64,000 nt of DNA from Camelus dromedarius (Eukaryota): positions 108,378,001 to 108,442,000 of the forward strand of contig NC_087436.1 of assembly GCF_036321535.1 (NCBI RefSeq). The letters are read 5' to 3'. Both the position numbers and the translations under genes were made by a program. Shown in pieces: positions 63,888 through 64,000 of this stretch (positions are counted from its first letter, which is position 1; each line of letters starts with the position of its first letter). The notes beneath the pieces are model-generated. The model saw only the letters and a program-made list of their open reading frames with translations, made no database searches and was not told the DNA's origin.

Positions 63888-64000
63888 GTTACATTATTCA
63901 TTCAACAGCTTGTCACTGCCTCTTATGTGCCAGGCACTATTCTAAGTTCAAGGCTATCCCAGCAAGCAAGATGGATAAAAATCTCTGCCTTCACAGGCAG
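63888..64000 (-). mobile_element. L2 3' end, runs off the window
   Basis: 'attcattcaaca...tgcctcttatgtgccaggcactattctaag...aaatctctgccttca'. Confidence 0.75.

Noticed and set aside
1..64000. Novel multi-gene system, CRISPR array or prokaryotic operon
   Set aside because: The DNA is mammalian and repeat-dominated. There is no regularly spaced repeat-spacer array, and no non-L1 ORF has a recognisable domain.

Overview
This is eutherian mammal genomic DNA, not prokaryotic. It is AT-rich, CpG-depleted and either intronic or intergenic. Much of it is recognisable transposon debris: MIR, L2, old L1M, MaLR/ERVL/ERV1 solo LTRs and hAT MITEs. The young L1 3' UTRs are cetartiodactyl-type, and I saw no Alu, B1, Bov-tA, PRE-1, CAN or ERE SINE, so a camelid is my best guess (inference). 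I can support no host protein-coding gene; the only ORFs with real homology are decayed L1 ORF2 fragments. I found no CRISPR array, operon or convincing new biological system. The best signals are retrotransposition events: (1) a tailless 5'-half tRNA-Lys(CTT) retrocopy with a 20-bp TSD, innermost in a probable five-element nest; (2) a tiny tailless insertion of an L1 5' end; (3) two twin-primed (5'-inverted) L1s of very different age; (4) a young L1 whose RT catalytic YADD reads YANN, plausibly via two CpG transitions. There are also a few weak microexon candidates. Family names come from remembered consensus sequences, not a database search, and boundaries of old repeats are approximate.
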